Of a DNA stretch of 64,000 nucleotides, positions 59,334 through 64,000 are shown piece by piece. The position numbers and the translations under genes are program-made. How positions within the stretch are numbered: position 1 is the first letter of the stretch; the number at the start of each line of letters is the position of its first letter. Origin of the DNA: Bacteriovoracaceae bacterium (GTDB lineage: Bacteria; Bdellovibrionota; Bacteriovoracia; Bacteriovoracales; Bacteriovoracaceae); the NCBI GenBank assembly GCA_048270185.1, contig JBLWTJ010000002.1, forward strand, positions 448,001 through 512,000. The letters are read 5' to 3'. A model generated the notes under the pieces. It searched no databases. It worked only from the letters and a program-made list of their open reading frames with translations, and was not told where the DNA came from.

Positions 59334-60992
59334 TTAGGCAGCTTTTGAAGTGCCACCTTTAGGTGTTGCAGCCAACTTGATAACTTTAGCAGCAGGCGCC
59401 GAGGCAGCCCCCTTATCTTCTTGAACAAGAGACTTGAGATTACCGATATCACTTCCAATATTCACAACTGATTGACTTAGTTCAGATGAAGCAGTTTTAA
59501 GATCATGTGCAGACTGACTTGTTAGGCCTGCTGAGCTTGAGATCTCTGCCATGGCCTTGTTAACTTCTTCAACACCAATAAGTTGCTCTTTTGAAGCAGA
59601 GGCTACTTCATCTGAGTTAGCAGCAACTTGATCGAAGTTATTCATAACTTGATTAAACACTTCCTGACACTGAGTACTGATCTCAACACTTTTATTAATT
59701 TTTTCTCTACTTAAACTAAGTGAATTATTAACATGAGTATTTGAATCTTCAACAATCTCAGTAACTCGCTTTAGACTTTCGACAAGAAGTTTTGAGATTT
59801 CATCAGCAGATTCACCAGACATTTTTGCTAAATTACCAACTTCTTCTGCAACAACAGAGAAGCCTTTTCCATTTTCCCCAGCTCTTGCAGCTTCGACAGA
59901 AGCATTAAAAGAAAGAAGCTTTGTTTGGAATACGATATCGTTAATAACTTGAGTTTTGGCATTGATCTCTTGAAATACCTGAATAATTTCATTTAGTTCA
60001 CCATTACTCTTTTCTACAGTATGAGCAAGTGTTGTTGTGCTATTATCAATTTCACCAACACCTTTAGCTAAATCAGAAAGGTAACGTACACCATCCCCAA
60101 CAAGCTCCTGACTCTTTCTAATTAAACTCGCAACATTATTTGATCCATCAGTATTACTCTTAATCATCTGAGAAATTTCATGTAAAGAACTTGAAGTCTG
60201 AGTTGCTGCAGCAGAAAGTTGTTCTGATACAGAACTTAGAGCTACTGACTTTTGTTTAAATGTATTAGATACGTTATCGAGATTTGTACCCTCATTAGAG
60301 ATTGATTCAACAACTTCATTAATACTTCCATCAATTCTCTTGGCCATAAAGACACAAATCCCAATTGAACCAAAAACACTGGCAATTGAAATAATCATCA
60401 TAAGAAAAATAGAATTATTATAAGTTGCATCAGCATCTTCAAACTCTTTCTTTCCCATATCAAGAATGAGCTCTTGAAGCTTATCTAATTCCGTTCTTGC
60501 ATTTTCAAACTTAGTATTGATTGAATTCATCGAATCTGAGATTAATCGTTCTTGAGAGACACCACTTGGAAAGGTACCGTCTTTATTAAGAGGGAATTCT
60601 TTATCACTTGTTACAGAAAATACTGACAAATTCTTTCTAAAAGCAGCGGCAATAGCAATTTCTTCTTTAGAATCACCAAGCTTAGCGTAATCTTCAAAAC
60701 GCTCTGTAACCTGACCTTTATTTTTAAAATAATCTTTGGCCAGTGCTGCCTTTTGTTTTGAATTGAGGCCTGCTAGTAAAAGAGATCTTTCAGCAACAAG
60801 CATCTGTTGGAAATCTCTATCGGCTTGAACAAGACTATTAATACTTGGAAGCCTCTTAGTAAAGACAGTGTATAGATGTGATTTAACGGAGCTTAGTGAG
60901 TTGTAACCAACGAATGCAATCACTAGTTGAATGATTAGCATGGTTGATGACAACGCGATTAATTGCTTTTTAATTGTCCATTTTGTTTTCAT
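59334..60992 (-). CDS. methyl-accepting chemotaxis protein (four-helix-bundle sensor)
   Basis: Two TM helices; [36 protein letters not shown]. Confidence 0.93.
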   Translation of the reverse strand: MKTKWTIKKQLIALSSTMLIIQLVIAFVGYNSLSSVKSHLYTVFTKRLPSINSLVQADRDFQQMLVAERSLLLAGLNSKQKAALAKDYFKNKGQVTERFEDYAKLGDSKEEIAIAAAFRKNLSVFSVTSDKEFPLNKDGTFPSGVSQERLISDSMNSINTKFENARTELDKLQELILDMGKKEFEDADATYNNSIFLMMIISIASVFGSIGICVFMAKRIDGSINEVVESISNEGTNLDNVSNTFKQKSVALSSVSEQLSAAATQTSSSLHEISQMIKSNTDGSNNVASLIRKSQELVGDGVRYLSDLAKGVGEIDNSTTTLAHTVEKSNGELNEIIQVFQEINAKTQVINDIVFQTKLLSFNASVEAARAGENGKGFSVVAEEVGNLAKMSGESADEISKLLVESLKRVTEIVEDSNTHVNNSLSLSREKINKSVEISTQCQEVFNQVMNNFDQVAANSDEVASASKEQLIGVEEVNKAMAEISSSAGLTSQSAHDLKTASSELSQSVVNIGSDIGNLKSLVQEDKGAASAPAAKVIKLAATPKGGTSKAA

Positions 60993-61037
60993 AATAATCC
61001 CTCTTTGACTTTTTAATCTCTCTTTAAAAAGTGAAAA

Positions 61038-62918
61038 CTATTTTAGCTTACTCAATATTTGATCTGTAATCTTATTTAGTGGTAATGATACACATGAAGC
61101 TCCCATATCAAATGCTTTCTTTGGCATTCCATAAACCACTGAGGATTCTTCATCTTGAGTTATCGTAAAAAAACTTTTTTCCTTTAGCTTTAATAAACCT
61201 TTTGCACCATCTGCTCCCATACCTGTCAATAGTGCTGCTGTCACTCTAAACCCTGCTTTATCAGCAATGTCTTCAAACATATAATCAACGCTAGGTTTAT
61301 GTCCTGAATACACAGGTGTTTCTTCATCTAGTCTTATATGAAGCTTCCCCGCTTTTAATTTTGTTCCCATATGAATTCCACCAGGAGCAATATACACTGT
61401 ATTATTTCTGAGCTCTTCGCCGTCAATAGCCTCATGAACATCAAATGGGCACAGTTCATTTAAACGATTTGCAAAGGCCGTTGAGAAGACTGGAGGTATA
61501 TGTTGAACGATAATAATTGGAGGAAACTCTTTAGGCATTTTGAGTAATAATTGCTTAATTGCTTCTGTTCCGCCAGTTGATGCACCGATTGCAATAACCT
61601 GTCTCTCAGAAAATGAGAAAGTCTCAGCACCAATCCAAGATGTTAGCTTACTCTTCTTCGTTTTCACGATATTGTCGTAAGCCAAATCAATCTTTTCTAA
61701 AAGTGCCTTTTTGAAATTAAAAATATCATTAAACTCCGGCTTCTTTAGATAGTCGAATGCTCCGTCTTCAAGACAGCGCATAACAATATCACTATCACTC
61801 TTACTCACAGAGCTAATCAGAATTGTTTGTATTGTTTGATCTGTTGGTAAATTCTTTAGAAGATCATGACCACTCATTTTTGGCATATTAATATCGAGGG
61901 TAATAACATCAGGCTTTAATTCTTTGATCTTACTAAGTCCATCGAGACCGTCAACAGCTTCACCGACAATTTCATAACCAGGATTATCTACTAAACATCG
62001 TTTAATAAGTTTTCTAACCGTTGCGGAGTCATCAACAATCAGGATTTTCTTTTTTGTGTTCTCACGCTTTTTAATTTCACGCTTCATTTCATATTTAGAT
62101 TTAAAATAGATTGACTGACCTAAACTTTGAAAACCTTCATGTTGCCTTAGAGTTTCAGATATTCCAATAAAGAGATATCCTTTATTATTAATACATTCTG
62201 AAAACTTACGCATAACCTTATTGATTTGATCTTCATTAAAATAGATAAAGACGTTACGACAAAAAATTAAGTCATAGACATCTTTATATTCATTACTATT
62301 ATCATCAACAAGGTTATTTATTTTAAATCGACAGTGTTTTTTTAATTCATCTGATACTTTTACAAATTCTTGGATGTCACCACTTCCACGCATCCAATTA
62401 CCCTTCAAATACTCTGAAGGAACTTTCTGAAGTTCCTTCCAGTAATATATTCCTTTCTTTGCATGGGCAACTGACTTTTCACATATATCAGTTGCAAGAA
62501 TTTCAAAGCTCATTTTAGGATCAATTTGTTTTAAATGCTTTTTTAAAATCATTGCAAGAGTGTAAACTTCATCTCCCTTACTACAAGCAGCACACCATAT
62601 TTTAATTGAGTTTCTGCCACTATTTTTCACACGATCTACAATTTTAGGCAGAGATTTTATAAGAAATTCAAAATGTCCTTTCTCTCTCATAAAGAAGGTA
62701 TAGTGTGTTGTAATGAGGGAAATTAATTCGGCTTTTTCAGTGTTACCAGGTGTTTTTATTAATCTTAAGTAATCATTGGCATCACTTAGGCTTAAAGCAT
62801 TCATTCTCTTATCAATGCGAGATTTAACCATGGCCTCATTTTGTGTTGTAAAATGGGCCCCAGTTTCTTTGGCCATAAGCCCTGCAATCTCTAAATAGCT
62901 CTTAGCTAAACCACTCAT
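61038..62918 (-). CDS. CheR methyltransferase - receiver - CheB methylesterase fusion
   Basis: IWCAACSKGDE, DLIFCRNVFIYF; IVDDS..LDINMP; IGASTGG, QHIP, KPSVD, LTGMGADG. Confidence 0.9.
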   Translation of the reverse strand: MSGLAKSYLEIAGLMAKETGAHFTTQNEAMVKSRIDKRMNALSLSDANDYLRLIKTPGNTEKAELISLITTHYTFFMREKGHFEFLIKSLPKIVDRVKNSGRNSIKIWCAACSKGDEVYTLAMILKKHLKQIDPKMSFEILATDICEKSVAHAKKGIYYWKELQKVPSEYLKGNWMRGSGDIQEFVKVSDELKKHCRFKINNLVDDNSNEYKDVYDLIFCRNVFIYFNEDQINKVMRKFSECINNKGYLFIGISETLRQHEGFQSLGQSIYFKSKYEMKREIKKRENTKKKILIVDDSATVRKLIKRCLVDNPGYEIVGEAVDGLDGLSKIKELKPDVITLDINMPKMSGHDLLKNLPTDQTIQTILISSVSKSDSDIVMRCLEDGAFDYLKKPEFNDIFNFKKALLEKIDLAYDNIVKTKKSKLTSWIGAETFSFSERQVIAIGASTGGTEAIKQLLLKMPKEFPPIIIVQHIPPVFSTAFANRLNELCPFDVHEAIDGEELRNNTVYIAPGGIHMGTKLKAGKLHIRLDEETPVYSGHKPSVDYMFEDIADKAGFRVTAALLTGMGADGAKGLLKLKEKSFFTITQDEESSVVYGMPKKAFDMGASCVSLPLNKITDQILSKLK

Positions 62919-62932
62919 TAATAAACCTTATC

Positions 62933-64000
62933 CTAAACTACTTTATCAAATCGAGTGTCGTTCTCATCAGGATACTCATCTGATGAAACTTCCATTACTG
63001 GGCTATCATTGACAATTTCAAATGGCTCCTCACTGAAGGTAACTTCTTCAATAACAGGCTCTACTTCTTTAACAGCTGTTATCTCTTTTGGTGTTTCAAA
63101 TACAGGAAATGACTCTTCTTCATAAACAGGGGCATCATCTTCAACTCCTGCAATCGAATCAAGTAAACTTTCCTTTGAGACAGTGACAGCGGATCCTGTT
63201 GTACCTTGTACAACAGCTTCAAGCTCTTCAACAATTGAGTTTAAAATCGCAGTTTGCTCTGATAAGCTCTGAGCAAACCCAGAAGTTTCTTGTGCAATTG
63301 TAGAATTTGTATGAGTTACATCATCTAGTTCATTCATTGCATCAGTTATATTATTGATACCTTCTGCCTGTTCTTGAGAAGCATTAGAGATCTCAGTCAT
63401 CATTTCTGATACTGATTCAACATTAACAACTACACTATCAAGGATTTTTCCACAGCTTTCAGAAACTTCAACACCTCGTCCAATACTGCCTTGCGCTTCA
63501 GTAACTAACTTAGAAACACTACTTTGTGTCTCGTCAACAATTGATTGAACCTTCTTAATCGAATCACTCAAAAGAGACTCAATCTCAAGCGCTGCATTAC
63601 CACTCATTTGAGCGAGGTTTCCTACTTCTTCAGCAACAACTGCGAAGCCCTTACCATGCTCACCGGCACGTGCTGCTTCTACCGATGCATTGAATGAAAG
63701 TAGTTTTGTCTGAAAAACAATATCATTAATAACATTCGTTTTTTGTGAGATTTCATTAATGACATCAACAATTTTTACAATTTCTTCATTACTTCGAGTC
63801 ATCTCTTTCATGATTGCATCGTTATTCCCGCTGATCTGTCCAATGGCCTCAACCATATCATTTACCGCGTGCTTACCGTCAAGGGCCACTCGTTGAGACT
63901 CTGCTGCTTTTTCACTGGAAATCTTTGCATTCTCAACGCTCTTATTGACCATTGCTGTGATCTCATTTAGAGTCGCAACAGTCTCTTGTATAGCACTTGC
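62933..64000 (-). CDS. methyl-accepting chemotaxis protein (N-terminal part outside the window)
   Basis: [31 protein letters not shown]; the frame stays open to the window end. Confidence 0.9.
   Translation of the reverse strand, partial: ASAIQETVATLNEITAMVNKSVENAKISSEKAAESQRVALDGKHAVNDMVEAIGQISGNNDAIMKEMTRSNEEIVKIVDVINEISQKTNVINDIVFQTKLLSFNASVEAARAGEHGKGFAVVAEEVGNLAQMSGNAALEIESLLSDSIKKVQSIVDETQSSVSKLVTEAQGSIGRGVEVSESCGKILDSVVVNVESVSEMMTEISNASQEQAEGINNITDAMNELDDVTHTNSTIAQETSGFAQSLSEQTAILNSIVEELEAVVQGTTGSAVTVSKESLLDSIAGVEDDAPVYEEESFPVFETPKEITAVKEVEPVIEEVTFSEEPFEIVNDSPVMEVSSDEYPDENDTRFDKVV

Noticed and set aside
59850..63740. Repeated DNA between the two MCP genes
   Set aside because: Explained by the conserved MCP signalling hairpin, not by a mobile repeat.

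Overview
AT-rich bacterial chromosome segment. Gene content (MCPs, MaeB, many secreted hypotheticals with R-x-P/V-A-S motifs) suggests a predatory Bdellovibrionota such as Halobacteriovorax; this is inference only. Two accessory regions stand out. (1) About 1.4-13.5 kb: two tandem islands integrated at the 3' end of tRNA-Glu, delimited by three copies of the att core (1401/1403, 5024, 13493). Island A has no integrase and carries a PD-(D/E)xK-type protein and an RnlA/RnlB-like HEPN toxin-antitoxin pair. Island B has a tyrosine integrase, an excisionase, a 126-nt hairpin, a Replic_Relax-like protein, and a four-gene cargo operon: Fic, an AbiK/DRT4-like reverse transcriptase with an extra Zn ribbon and an SSB-like DDIPF tail, a DUF2321-REase fusion, and a pentapeptide-repeat K+-channel-like protein. 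(2) About 45.6-54 kb: an isonitrile (isocyanide) biosynthetic cluster (PvcA/IsnA, PvcB/IsnB, P450, GNAT-like, LysR) abutting tRNA-Leu, followed by an ATP-grasp/GNAT-C39 peptide-ligase cluster. The rest is mostly housekeeping (mtaB, maeB, pepA-like, relA/spoT, gmk, yicC, engB, oxyR, transporters) and chemotaxis genes, including a CheR-REC-CheB fusion. All family assignments come from motif recognition by eye, not database searches.
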